A stretch of DNA of 63,466 nt. Source: Octopus bimaculoides. Its lineage: Eukaryota. Positions 38,526 to 51,734 of the stretch are shown piece after piece. The notes below the pieces were generated by a model. That model searched no databases and was not told the DNA's origin. It saw only the letters and a list, made by a program, of their open reading frames with translations. A program made the position numbers and the translations under genes. The stretch's first letter is position 1. Each line of letters starts with the position of its first letter. Where the stretch lies: the NCBI RefSeq assembly GCF_001194135.2, contig NC_068983.1:136593012-136656477 (forward strand), given 5' to 3'.

Positions 38526-38799
38526 TGAATAAGCAAAGACAGATTTAGTATTGTCTGTCTGCAGCCACTGATATTTCCAGTTGTTTGTTGTATCAAATGT
38601 TATTTATAATACCTATTATGTAAATAGCGAAGAAAAAGATTTAATTTGCTTTACTTTGACTGTGTGTTCATGATAATTCTTAAGCAATTGTTTTTAGTAT
38701 ATATGAAATTCTGACACATGAAAATATTTTATTATATTCTTAGATTCATGATCCACCTTAGATTTTACCTGAAATATTGTGTGATTTTTCTACTTGTAG

Positions 38800-38856
38800 A
38801 GGATATTGACCCTGAGAATGAAGAAGGAGAAGAAGAGGGCACAACTCCCAGGCATA
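38800..38856 (+). CDS. Cav1: Cav1 exon, I-II linker (EDIDPENEEGEEEGTTPRH)
   Basis: ttgtag acceptor, gtatga donor, 57 nt, phase 1 to 1; completes the conserved WITQAEDIDPENE. Confidence 0.92.
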
Positions 38857-41269
38857 GTATGACTTCATTTATATTTATTATAAATGCTTAAACAATTTCT
38901 TTTAAAACCTTCATTTAGAATGTTGTGTGTTTGTGTGTGTGTTTAGAAGAATCTTTTATCTTTTCTTTTATTTGGTTCAATCATTGAACTGCAGCCAAGA
39001 GTTTAATCAGACAAATTGACCCCAGTACTTATTTTTAAGTCTGATGTTTATTATTTCAGTCTCTTTTGCTGAACTGCTAATTTACGAGGATGAAAAGCCA
39101 ACATCAGTTGTCAGACAGGAGTGTGGGACAAACATAAGCACACACACATGCACGTTTTTACAGAGTGACACAAGGATTGAGAGTTTATTGTGTTAGTGCC
39201 AACACATGAAAACCTTGGCCCTCGAAACAAGTAAAAGAGTAAAAGAGAGAATAGTTCATATATTGTCTGTGCTTGGCTCCATAAAGTTATATTAAAATCT
39301 CAGCAAGCTAAATTTAATGCCTTAGATTTTGTATCCAACTATAACCAATTTAATTTCATTTATTTCCTCAGTACTAATGGGTAAGTAATAAATGTCACAA
39401 TATTCATTTAATATTAGCCTGAAAAATCTTAAGCTTCATTGCCTATTTGAAGAAGGCAACACACTATATCCCCCCCCCCTTATAGAAGGTGACAGTGTCA
39501 TATCAAGTTACATTCAGAAATAGATATGTTACTATAATTTCTTTATCATTTAAATGATTAATACAGTTAAAGAAAATATAAAATTCAAATAAAAACTAAT
39601 ATTTACTCCCATTTAATATCCATTTAATAATTTTTTTCTCTTTTTTTTTTCGGTTTCAGTATTATAGATAACCAATTCAGTCCTTTTTCTTTTTCTTTTG
39701 AATAATGTTTTTCTGTTAGGATTGATTATTGAGATGGAAACAGCCCAGCATAATGGAACCTAAAGCTGTCCATCTTAAACAAAGAACCTCTTGAAAATTC
39801 AATCACATTTCTATAAGATCCATACAAATTCCTTCTTTGCTTTACAAAAGCAATTTTTAGTGTTAATGTGTGTGTGTGTGTGTACACACATTTGTATGTG
39901 TATAGCTAAGAGGGTGCGGGCATGGCCATGTTTTTAGGAAGTCCACTTTGTAATCATTAAGGTCCAGTCTTATTGCATGGCACTGTAAACAGGTAACTTT
40001 CACTATGGTCTTGGGCTAACCAATGCTCTGTGAGTAGAATTAGAAGACAGAATGTGCAAAACGCCTGCCATATACACACGTGTGTACATACATGCATACA
40101 TAAATATATACATATGTGCATGTGTGTGTACATACGTGCTAACATACATGCATTTGCATTCCCATTGTTTGATGTTGTTTGCATGTCTCAGTAAATGGTG
40201 TCATGTTTTACAATGTGTTGTAGAAACATGTCTGGACATTGGGCTGTTTGTTGTTTGAAGGTCTTGGGGAAATGTCACTTGCTCTGAAAAGGGTAAGCAT
40301 TGATAACAGGAAGAGCATCTAACAGTAGAAAAATCTACCTCAGTAAATTTCATCTGACTCATATAAGCATGAAAGTGGACATTAAAACGAAATCGTGAGG
40401 ATTATGATATAGTGTTTTGTGTGTGTGTGTATGTGTGTAAGTCAACATAATATTGAGCATGACCATTGCTTGTTAATGAGCTGCTAAGTGAGGATGGCTT
40501 TTCAGCCCAGTTGATGATCTGCAACTTTTACCACAACTGTTGACAAAAATGTTTCTGACAGTACAGAATCATGACATTTGGCATTGGGTACAGATATGTG
40601 TCTTTTCAGTAGACCATGATTGGTAGACCTGCATTCTTTCAGATTTATTAGCTTGATTTGGCTTATTATCCTTGAGTAGCTAAGAAGAACCAGTCTCAAT
40701 AATACATTGAACATTTGAAGGTTTCTTTTTTTTCCTTTGCATATCATTTTGATTTTGCATGTTTAATGTGACTCTCTTAAATGCATGGATATATTCAGTA
40801 TATTTTCTCTCCATGATATCCTATCATCTGCAATAATTTCCAAATGTTCTACATGAATATTGCTTTTCTTCAAGTCCAGTTTAACTTCAGTTTATAAGAT
40901 CTTTTCTCAGAACATCATTCTTTATAGAGCAGAGACCTTTGAATTCTTTCATCTTTTGTATAAACTACATAGCCATCCCAATCTGGTATTTTGCAAAGGA
41001 GCTGCTAAGCCCACAACATTTGCTATCTCTAAAACATCTACCTTACATAGTTTCACCAAGAACATGAATTTATATGTATAGATTTCCTTGCAAAAATATT
41101 GGATTTTTGGAGGAAAAATAAAAATAAAATCATGTGATGTTCTTTCTAATGATATTAGTAAATTGGTGACCAAGATGAAGTGAAATGGCTTCAACTGATG
41201 ATTAAAATAACGGAATTGATTTGCTGGAAGTTTTACTCTACTATACAATGTTTGCTTTGTATAAGTTTA

Positions 41270-41490
41270 GGTAAGCTAGCAGAATTGTTAGCAAATCAAA
41301 CAAAGTGCTTTGCAGCAGTTTTTCTGACTCTTTATGTTCTAAGTTCAAATTCTGCTGAGGTCAACTTTGCCATTCATCCTTTCAGGGTTAATAAAATAAG
41401 TACCAGTTGAGTTCCGGGGCAATGTAATTAACTAAACCTGCCACACTAATATTATTTTGTACCAAAATTTAAAACCATTGTTATTAATAG
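41270..41490 (+). mobile_element. Deu/Nin-like tRNA SINE
   Basis: aagttcaaattctgctgaggtcaactttgccattcatcctttcagggttaataaaataagtaccagttgag. Confidence 0.7.
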
Positions 41491-42011
41491 TAGGATGAGG
41501 AAACTGAAAAATTAGAAGAGCATGAAACAAAATATTGTGCTATTTAGTTAAGTTCCTTTAAGTTGTCAGTTCAAATTTTGCTGAGACCACTTTTACCTTT
41601 CGTCTTTTCAGAATTGATAAATTAAGCACCAATCAAGTACTAAGGGTGATTAAATTAACTGAACCTCTCTCACATTTTGTGGCCTTGTGCATAGTAGTAG
41701 TTGTAGTGATAATAGCTGCAGTATCAATAGTATTGTTATTAATAGGACTGTGGTTGATGAATTTCAAGACAAAGTTGGAGTGAAGGAGTTATCCCACTAC
41801 ATTTCATCTAAAAAAATTTGGTTTCCATTTCTGTGAGGTCAGTGAAATAAAGTATTGATAAACTGCAACCCATAACTCATTTAGAACTTGTCTAATGTCC
41901 AACCTTCTTTCCTTTGAAAAATAGGATACTTTTCTGCTTGAAAAGAGTTAAAATTCAGTACAGCTAGCCAACGAAACCCTGGAAACTGTATTTCATTTTT
42001 ATTTTTTGTAG

Positions 42012-42096
42012 ATAAACCAAGTGACACGGAATCATCAGAAAAGAACGAAGATTTAGACAGTGGAGAAATACAACAGACCTGGTGGAGTGTAAAAAG
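42012..42096 (+). CDS. Cav1: Cav1 exon, I-II linker (NKPSDTESSEKNEDLDSGEIQQTWWSVK)
   Basis: Polypyrimidine tract plus gtag acceptor, gtataa donor, 85 nt, phase 1 to 2, which bridges the flanking exons; PSDTES resembles vertebrate PTSETES. Confidence 0.85.
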
Positions 42097-42932
42097 GTAT
42101 AAAGTCTACTGTTTTAAAATGATGTTCAAACATTTAATACCTCTTTTCTTGACAATAGGACAAAATGCTTTAATTTCTGGTTTGTTTTTCAAATTATTGT
42201 TAACATGTGTACTTGTTGTTTAGTAGCAGATCAGCTCTGACTGAGCAAGTCCATGACCAAAAACTTTCAACCTTTTCTCAAAATTTGTAGATCTACAACT
42301 GTCTTATCTAATGGAAACAATGTAATTTGAAGATTTGTTTGTTATTTTTACTGGGTCAAACAACTATATAAAGTTCCCTCATTGGCTTAGTGTTATCTAT
42401 TTTGGTACTTTAAACCTGCCAAAGAAGATAAAAACTAAGTTATGATCAGAATAGTTCATGTCCAATTTTCATGATAGCCAGTTACTGACAAAGTTTCAGT
42501 ACCTTTAGCTACAGCCTCTCATTTACATTGTTCAATCCAAAATGGTAAGGTGGTGATGTTTCAGGACATTTTAATAGCGAAACTAGCATTAGTGAATCAG
42601 ATTAACCCATTATACACCACTTTCTTTTTAAAATTGGCCTTTTGTCTTAATGTTATTTTTTTTTCTACTTTATGGTGTTTTATAAAATTTGATACAAATT
42701 ATACTATTACTTGATACTGAGAAGACCAGAACAAAAACATGCAACATCTTAATTTACTGGTAATTATAATGCATCTAATATGTACAGCATTGTCATATGA
42801 ATACAAAAAAGATAATGGCTAATATATGTTTTTGTATTTTGTAATTACTTGCCAGGTATGTATATATATATTATTATGTCAGTTCTGTGACTTAGTTATT
42901 TTTCTCAAAATTTTCATGTTTGTAAATTACAG

Positions 42933-43093
42933 TCGCCGATTTCAAAAATGGAATCGTCGTTGCCGGAGACTTTGTCGACGCTTAGTGAAATCACAAGCAT
43001 TTTACTGGGTTGTAATTGTGATGGTGTTTCTAAACACTGGAGTTCTTACATCAGAACATTATCTACAGCCGTCATGGCTTGACCAGTTCCAAG
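42933..43093 (+). CDS. Cav1: Cav1 exon, I-II linker end and IIS1 ([53 protein letters not shown])
   Basis: ttacag acceptor, gtaagc donor, 161 nt, phase 2 to 1. Confidence 0.96.
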
Positions 43094-43319
43094 GTAAGCA
43101 CTATTTTCCAGACATTTATTAAGTGCATTCCTTTATCATATATCTATCTACCATCAAAACAGCTACTTATTCCAGTTGTCACAGCTGATAAACTAGATAT
43201 CAATAGTAAAGTGAATAAACAAACCTAATCTCCTTACCTGATGTGTGTGTGTTTGTGTGTCCAACCCATGCCTGCATGGAAAAAGGTTAAATGATGATAT
43301 ATACGTATAATGGGTACAG

Positions 43320-44590
43320 TTGTAAAACCAAAGTCTTAGTAAGTAGGAAAACAGACTAATCACAAATCCCTTCAGGTAGATGGCCCTGCTCAATACATAG
43401 AAAAGATATAAGCAGAAAGTCCATAAGATGTACCTGGTGCCAGCTATGGACACATAAGAGGTACAACAATATCAGAGGAAGGCTAACAAGGAAAATAATC
43501 TTTGTGTGTAGCAGATGTACAGGTAGAATAAACACTAGAAACGTACAGAATATAGACTCAATCAAATGCCAAGGGAGATACCCAGAAGTAGTTGATAGCT
43601 TGCATTATCTAGCTGACAAAGTCAGTAGTGGAGGTGGATACTCTGAGAGTGTAGCTGCTACAATAAGAATAGGTTGGGCAAAGTTCAGAGAGTTTCTACC
43701 TCTGTTGGTGACAAAGGGCCTCTCCCTCAGAATGAAAGGCAGACTGTATGATGCCTGTGTGCAAACAGTCATGCTCCACAGCACTGAAACATGGGCTATG
43801 ACTGCACAGAACATGCAAACACTTGAAAGAAATGAAGTTAATATGCTTCGCTGGATGTGTAATGTCAGTGTGCATGTGTGACAAAGTGTAAGTGTCTTGA
43901 GAGAAAACCTGAGCATAAGAGGCATCAGATGTGGTATGCAAAAAAGACAAATGTGCTGGTGTGGTCATGTGATGTGTATGGACAAGGACAGCTCTGTAAA
44001 GAAGTATTGATGTCTAATTGTGGAGGGAACCAGTGGAAGAGGTAGACCCAGGAAGACATGAGACGAGATGGTGAAGCATGATCTTTGAATGTTGGGCCTC
44101 ACAAAAGTGATGACTAATGATCAAGACCTTTGGTAATATGCTGTGCTTGAGAAGACTCATCAAACCAAGTGAAATCATAGTCATAGCTGTTGCTGGTGTC
44201 ATGTAAATAGCACCCATGAAATCATAATTGTGTCCATTCCCAGTAGCATGATCTTTGAATGTTGGGCCTCACAGAGGCAATGACGAATGACTGTGACCCT
44301 TGGTGATATGCTGTGCTTGAGAAGACTTGTCAAGCCAAGTGAAAACATAGTCTTGGCCATTGCCAGTGTCATGTAAATGGCACCCATGAAATCATAGTCA
44401 TGGCGCTTGCTGGTAAAAAGCACCCATTACGCTCTTGGAGTGGTTGGCATTAGGAAGGACATCCATCCATAGGAACCATGCCAAATCAAACTGGAACTTG
44501 GTTCAACTCTCCGACTTACCGGTTCTAGTCAAACCGTCTAACCCAGGCCAGCATGAGAAGCACATGTTAAAGGATGCTGATGATGATGTA
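43320..44590 (+). mobile_element. RTE LINE 3' third (post-RT ORF, PHD-like finger, 3' UTR)
   Basis: EVVDSLHYL..IRIGWAKFREFLPLL..KGRLYDACVQTVMLHSTETW..LERNE..MLRWMC..GRGRPRKT; tail at 44540-44590. Confidence 0.9.
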
Positions 44591-45430
44591 GCAGTTCGTC
44601 AGGGTTCAATTATCAGACCCCTTTTATTTATCATAGTCCTCCAGGACTATGGAATGTAAAACCTATTGCCTATAAGAACTCCTCTATGCTGATAACCTTG
44701 TTATTATAGCTGAAAGTATCGAAGAATTGGAATTAGTTTCAAGTATGGGAAGCAAAGCCTGGCATCAAAGGGTCTTAAGGTTAACTTAGTCAAGACTAAA
44801 GTTCTAATTAGCAGGAAAACAAACAGAACACTAGTCTCTTCTTGTAAATGGCCCTGTTCCATATGTAGACAAGGTGTAGGTAGAAATTCCATGCAGTGTG
44901 CTCAGTAGAAACTATGGACACATAAGAGGTGCAGTGAAATCAAAGGAAGGTTGACAGGGAAAGCAGAATTTGTTTGGGGCAGATGTGCAGGAGCAATAAA
45001 TAATAAGAGCACATGGAAATCTGATGTTCTGAAATGCCTAGGAAGCTTCCTAGAAGTAGTAGATAGTTTTTGTTATCTAGATCAGTGCTTCTCAAACTAT
45101 CTGATTTGGCATACTGGCAGTTTTTTTTTTCCAATGTGTCAGGGACCGGTAATATTTCTTAGTAATATTAATTTATACTGGAAACAATATATATAATGAA
45201 CATAATAAAAGTTGACAATTTTTTGTATCTTATATTTATTTTGTAAACAAATAATACAATATTACATAAGCATTTTATAATGTTTCTTTCTTTTCTGGAA
45301 ACTCACTGCATACCAGCAGCTGATGGACCACCACTTTGAGTAGCACTGATCTAGATGACCTAATTAGAATAGTAGTAATGATCCATCCAACCCATGCCAG
45401 CATGGAAAACAAATGTAAAGCACTAATGAT
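44590..45430 (+). mobile_element. Second RTE fragment (RT core QGS/YADD region and PHD-like finger) interrupted by a hAT MITE
   Basis: VRQGSII.PLLFIIVL, LLYADNL, EVVDSFCYLD continuing across the MITE. Confidence 0.8.
45083..45348. mobile_element. hAT-Charlie-type MITE, 266 nt, 8-bp target duplication ATCTAGAT
   Basis: TIRs CAGTGCTTCTCAAA and TTTGAGTAGCACTG; ATCTAGAT at 45075-45082 and 45349-45356. Confidence 0.9.
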
Positions 45431-45781
45431 GACCTTTAATTACTTTCACCTATTGTGGGTACTTACCATCTAACTATATTATATAACCACACAACACCAA
45501 ATACCTTTCTTGCCCACAATGACTGAGGATTATTCTCTTTCTCATGTATCACTATTGCTCAAACTGTACATCCAGTGGCTCATATTTAATTAATTCCTCT
45601 CCAGTTACAAGGAGATTGAGGCAAATATATCTGAAGTTGAAACTGTATTTCTGATATTTGATATTTTGGTCCAAGTGTCAAAAGAAATTTGTGTTGTTTT
45701 CTTGTTTCCATTTTAAAATTAAAATTTCAATTTTCCTTCATTTATTTATTTCTTATTTTTATTTATTTATTTATTTTGCAG

Positions 45782-46007
45782 AAGTTGCCAATCTATTTTT
45801 TGTTGTTGTGTTCACCTGTGAGATGTTATTGAAAATGTACAGCTTGGGTTTCGAAAGTTATTTCGTTTCCCTTTTCAACCGTTTTGACAGCTTTGTTGTA
45901 ATTTGTAGTATTGTTGAGGTTATCCTGATTCATACAAATTTAATCAAACCATTGGGTGTGAGTGTGCTCAGGTGTGCACGCTTACTTCGTGTGTTCAAAG
46001 CAACACG
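45782..46007 (+). CDS. Cav1: Cav1 exon, IIS2-IIS4 (...[23 protein letters not shown]...[18 protein letters not shown])
   Basis: ttgcag acceptor, gtaagt donor, 226 nt, phase 1 to 2. Confidence 0.96.
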
Positions 46008-46754
46008 GTAAGTTTTTTCAACCTTCAATTTTTTTTTTTTTTTCAAGAAAATAATATCAAAATGAGATCTGACATTGGCACCACAAACTTTACTAGCCAC
46101 CCCTCTACTCTATGTTCCATGTTCAAATACTGCCAGAATAACTTTCATCCTTCTAGGGAACAAATAAATAAATGCTGATTGTTTTATTGTTGTTGTTTAG
46201 TTCCATGTCAACCTTGACTGAGCTAACTTGTAAACCATGGGCATACAAGGCATGATCATTCCATTTTTGGGGAGTGCGACCATGTCAAGTGACGACATAC
46301 AGGTTTATAAATGCAAGTTGCTGTATATGCCAGCATATAAGACGTGCTTTCACATGAAATACTTTAAGAAGTATATTTTGTGGAAAAAGTATATTTAGTA
46401 CACTGATTGAAAGATATTTTAAAGTAGTTCTTTTATTCATTCAGTTCATCTGTATAGTTGATTCTCATTTGGTCAAGAGAATTGCCATGCAAGATGTAAA
46501 GTTTGTATTTCTGGCTGTAATGTTTTACATAACTGCAATCAGCTATCAGGGTGCACCACCACTGAGATTTTGTTGTCATCCACTATCTGCAAATAGCTGA
46601 CAGGTGAAGGAAAGATTGTTAACATTACTTTCTTCTTTCTTGAAGAATTTGTCATCAAGCAATTAATAAATGTTCTTTAAAAATAAGTCATTAAATAATA
46701 TGGTACATATCAGTTATAGGTTACGCATGCGAAGGAAGGAAATATAATATAACT

Positions 46755-46955
46755 CTTTTACTTGTTTCAGTCATTTGACTGTGGCCATGCTGGAGCACCG
46801 CCTTTTAGTCAAGTAAATCGACCCCAGGACTTATTCTTTGGAAGCCTAGTACTTATTCTATTGGTCTCTTTTTGCCGAACCGCTAAGTTACGGGGACGTA
46901 AACACGCCAGCATCGGTTGTCAAGCAATGATGGGGGGACAAACACAGACACACAA

Positions 46956-46997
<42 letters not shown>

Positions 46998-47158
46998 GAC
47001 AGGCTTCTTTCAGTTTCCGTCTACTAAATCCACTCACAAGGCTTTGGTCGGCCCGAGGCTATAGTAGAAGACACTTGCCCAAGGTGCCATGCAGTGGGAC
47101 TGAACCCAGAACCATGTGGTTGGTAGGCAAGCTACTTACCACACAGCCACTCCTGCAC
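46755..47158 (-). mobile_element. Near-full-length tRNA-derived CORE-like SINE
   Basis: Head gcaggagtggctgtgtggtaag..gggttcagtccc, CORE-like ggcaccttgggcaagtgtctt, internal (TA/TG)n, tail gaaacaagtaaaaga. Confidence 0.8.
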
Positions 47159-48964
47159 CTACCAACATACTGTAAGCAATTTTTCACAAGTTTGTGCTAA
47201 CACAGACTGTGGTATTTTGGCTTGTTTTCAATACTCTATTATCTTCAATAATTATTGTGCCTTCTAGCTCCCTAGCATACAGCACTCAATCTCCTATCTG
47301 TAATACAACTGTATTAGACACAGGGTAATTTTTTGATACATTAAAAATTTTTAAATGCACACTAGCAAATATAGTTTGTACTAAGGATGATTCAAATGAC
47401 TATACTGTCCATTATAATTTGCAGTCTTGTACCAATTCAAAAAGAACTCTTCATTGTGTGTAGCATTAAAATCAACTGAGTTATTCTTGATATATTGAAA
47501 AATCTACTATAAATTGTAGATGATTATTGGTGAGCCTTCTACAGGATTTTCAAAGGAAAATATGTTGAGAATCATTCATGTTATTTCTTCCATTTGTAAA
47601 TCTAATGTCTTATCAATTCAACCATCTAAATTACAATTAATTACTAGTCCTTATTTTATATACATCTCTGATTTTAGTATATAATTGTCAAATATATTAA
47701 CTATTATAGTCACAAAGTGAACAAGATTATTATCCATTATAAATTTCAAAGAAAATTTATAAATACAATCTATTTCTTTGTTAATTTTCCTTTACAGTTA
47801 TAATTTAATTGGGATGGGGGTTTAGGATATGTTGTGACCCCTTTTTACTGTAGTCTGTCTCCCTTCAATTTAGTATCCTTATCACTTGATTTTTTGTAAA
47901 CAAGACTTTCAGATGATCACAGTCAAAATTACATAGGGGAACCTCTGTAAAATCACTTCATCTATTATAAATAGCTGTCAAATTTCTCTCAAATCTTACT
48001 ATTCCTTTTTAACAAATGCAATGTAATCCTACATAAACTATGTCTAAAAAAAACATGATGGAATGGTCATGATTTGAACTTCTTTAATTATAGGTCAGCT
48101 GAATCAAAGCTGACCTTGAGCTAACCAAGCATAATAATATGAAAGTATTATACTAAAACCAGTGTTTAATCTTCTATACAATGTGATCTTCACTTAGTCG
48201 ATAGAAATATATTGGTTTTCATCTGACAATTACATTCTCCACATAACAGCAGAAGTTATTAGGTAAAAACATCCTCTCTCATACCAAAACTAATGAGTTA
48301 AATTACAGACTTTGATTGACATAGTGTCACTACTTATCTGTCTGGTTTCTATGGTGATTGTTGCAGCTCAGTAATCCTTTACAAATTATCATTTTACAAA
48401 CAGAAAAAATATATTTAATAAAAACGGTGCTATTGGAAATTTATTATGAAAATTTTAATTTTTATTCTCTAACACTGTGGTTTACTGAGTTATGGCTAAT
48501 CTTTTGGATTTTATTTCTGGTATTAAGTGGATAAGAGACATTTCCCACTCCCCAGGGTGTTGTTAGTATTACAATGCAACTACTACTTATAGCAGAAAAT
48601 TATATCACTCTGTTGTACCTGCTAACTATTAGGAGCACTCAGCCATTGTAATTTAAATGATGTAGTCATACACACAACATCATACTGGTGACAAAATATA
48701 AATTACTAACCTCTCAATCAACTTGGCTTCCTATGATCTCTTTTCTCATTTAAGCAGCAACAAATATTCCAAAATTTTATGTATTCAGATTCTCCTCAAA
48801 CATCAAGAATCAAGTTCACAACATAATTTTGATTCAATATTTCAGCTTTTAATAAATTAAAATAAGGTAATAGTAACAGGCAACAGTAACCCTTAGTTTG
48901 AGTCCAGTGCTGTAAGGCTAACAACTGATGGTCAGATATCAAACTGACAGCAATAGATGTAAAT

Positions 48965-49160
48965 ATTAGTTTCAAACACAAGGCCAGCATTTCGAGAGAG
49001 GGGCTAAGTCAATTGCATTGATCCCAGTGCTCAACTGGTACTTATTTTATTGATCCCAAAGGAATGGAAAACAAAGTCAACTTGGCAGAATTTGAGCTCA
49101 GAACATAAGGACAAACAAAATGCCGCTAAGCATGCTAATGTTTCTGCCCATTCACTGCCT
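48965..49160 (-). mobile_element. Deu/Nin-like tRNA SINE
   Basis: cacaaggccagcatttc..ctcaactggtacttattttattgatccc..aaagtcaacttggcagaatttgagctcagaac. Confidence 0.7.
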
Positions 49161-49368
49161 TAAATAGGTGTAAATATTAACAAAAGTTTTATCTATAAAA
49201 ATTAGATTTATAATCTGAAATTTTATAATTTTTTAATTTTAATTTCTTGTTTGCTTGTAGATATCTTATTTCTTTTAAGTTAACATAACCATGGAAAAAA
49301 TGGCATATATTTCATAATGATTCTCTTTTCACATTCTCTAAATTCATAGGAATAATCATTCATTATAT

Positions 49369-49423
<55 letters not shown>

Positions 49424-49885
49424 ATGTATATTCAAAATGTAGAAATCAGGCAGTTATCTATATGTATCATATTTGTATAAAATGAAATATATTATTGATT
49501 GAATGGTACCATATAACACAGAATAAAGTTAAATATACTGCTACAGCCCTTAAAACAAAAGCAGACTTTACTTCAACCTGGTTTATTATATTTTTCAGCT
49601 ACCACAGAAATGTTATTTCCCCATTTTCTTTTTCTTTTATACATGCTATTTGTATTTGCTTCTGCACTCAGTTTTTACAAATATAGATATGTATCCTAGG
49701 TTAGTCCTCATAAAGTTTATTGGCATCTTTTTTTTTCCATATATCTTTCTGTTGTTGAAATATTCAGTAGGCCTATTGAATAAAACAAAAATTAAATGTC
49801 TAAATTTATTTAACTGTCGTATAAATATCTTGAATCCTTAGAGTGATAGAAGAATAAAAAATATATATTCCTTTGTAAATTGCAG

Positions 49886-50096
49886 ATACTGGACATCATT
49901 GAGAAATCTAGTAGCCTCCTTGTTGAACAGTATGCGCTCAATTGCTAGTTTATTGCTGCTGCTGTTCTTGTTTATTGTCATATTTGCTTTGTTGGGAATG
50001 CAACTGTTTGGAGGTAAATTTAATTTTGATGAGACACAGGATAAACCTCGTAGCAACTTTGACACTTTCTGGCAATCACTACTCACTGTATTTCAG
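49886..50096 (+). CDS. Cav1: Cav1 exon, IIS5 and turret ([47 protein letters not shown]...LLTVFQ)
   Basis: ttgcag acceptor, gtaagt donor, 211 nt, phase 2 to 0. Confidence 0.96.
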
Positions 50097-50262
50097 GTAA
50101 GTGATTTTGTTTTTTAAGCCTTTTATTTTCATTTGTTTCTTAAATAAGAGAACAATACCCCAAAATTTTATATGTCATTAAACCAGTCAGGAATTGTTAG
50201 TTCACTTATTTGTAGTATGCCTCATCTTTATCTTTTGACAATCAGAAGATACATGGAAATAT

Positions 50263-50611
50263 TGTTATAAAAGGTTGCTGAATGAGAATACATGTAGATC
50301 TCTCCTTCACGTAGACCCAAGCTTGTGCCTGAATGAAGTGATACTGACACCCTTTTCTGAGTGAGACAGCTACAGAAGTTCTTATGTAAGTGTAAGCTTT
50401 TGTTTGTCTGAAGGTCTTTTGTCTAATGATTGCTGTGAAAGGTACGTGTCAATGAATAACTTGTGAGAATCATGCAAGCAATGTTAAGAGATGCCGTCAG
50501 TAAGGAGAAAGCTAGTAACAAGTCGAGCAAAGAAAATATGTAAGTGTCCATCAGAGCTCGGTTCTCAACTCCCTCCTGTTATAGTTTTCTGTGAGTTCGA
50601 GTCCCATAACA
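50263..50611. mobile_element. Candidate solo LTR (349 nt)
   Basis: TGTTAT...ATAACA inverted termini and higher GC than the flanks; no target duplication found. Confidence 0.25.
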
Positions 50612-50964
50612 AGGGAGTTTAAGACTGACAGTCCATGGAAACTTCTTCATGCCAATGACTTAGTTTGCAAAGCTGAATTAATTGAAATATTAGGAAAAAA
50701 ATTTCAAATGAGGAAATAAAGCCAAGAATCAAGAGGCCTCAAAGTAAACCAAGCTGAGACAAGTTTTAGCTTTCAAGGAAGAGAGGACTCAGTGACTACG
50801 AAGGACATGGCTTTATTCAATATACAAAAGAATAGCAGGTAGAAACTCAGTTTTGTATATCAAATAGTTTCACAAGAGATGCAGTAGAATCATTAACAAG
50901 CTTAACAGGGAAGGAAAAACTTCATAAAGGTAGTTAACAGTAGGTGTACCCATGAAATAAATAC

Positions 50965-51150
50965 TTTCAAGTTATCAGAAAGCTCCCTAGAAGTTGTTGA
51001 TAGCTTCCATTTCCTAGATGACTTAATTAGCATTGGAGATGGGTCCAACTGAAAGAAAACTGCTGCAGGAAGCTGATGAAGAAAGACATGGCAAGAAGTG
51101 TGGAAAGCTGATCTCGAGAGACTGAACCTCACAAAGTAGATGACAAAGGT
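50965..51150 (+). mobile_element. Old RTE remnant
   Basis: SLEVVDSFHFLDDLIS, then KTWQEVWKADL. Confidence 0.55.
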
Positions 51151-51734
51151 CAAAATGTTATGTGTGTTTAAGATCTGCCCAGCACATGAAAGCATGAAAG
51201 GACTGACATAAAATGATGTTATATGTATTTCATTTAGTTCTTGTTTAACCCTACATAAGCTCTGAATGAACAAACATGATAAAAAATACTCTCAAATTTT
51301 TTTCAGAAATTATTTATTCAAAACTAAATTATCAAACATGTTCTTCCTATTTTAAAGCAGTACTCTGTTATTTCTAGCTATTATAACAGTTCATTTAGTT
51401 ATTTAACCTCAGATCAACTCTGAACAAAAACATTCCAGTCAGGATCATCTCATCTTTTTAGGGTTTTCTAGGAATACAGTAACTAATGTGTCTTTCACTT
51501 TTTGAAGAAGATAGGGTGTGATTTAACAGATTTCTAATAAGTTGAGTGGCTGTCTAAATGCTTTCCCATTAGCTTAATTTCATTTAATTAATATTAACAG
51601 GTAGCCATATAAATGTCACAGCAATCATGATTTTGAAAGAGCTAATTTATTGAAAACCTAATATTAGGATATGATGTTAGAATATATACATAAAACAGAA
51701 TTGTTGTAATCATTTGTGAAACAGTCAAAAAATA

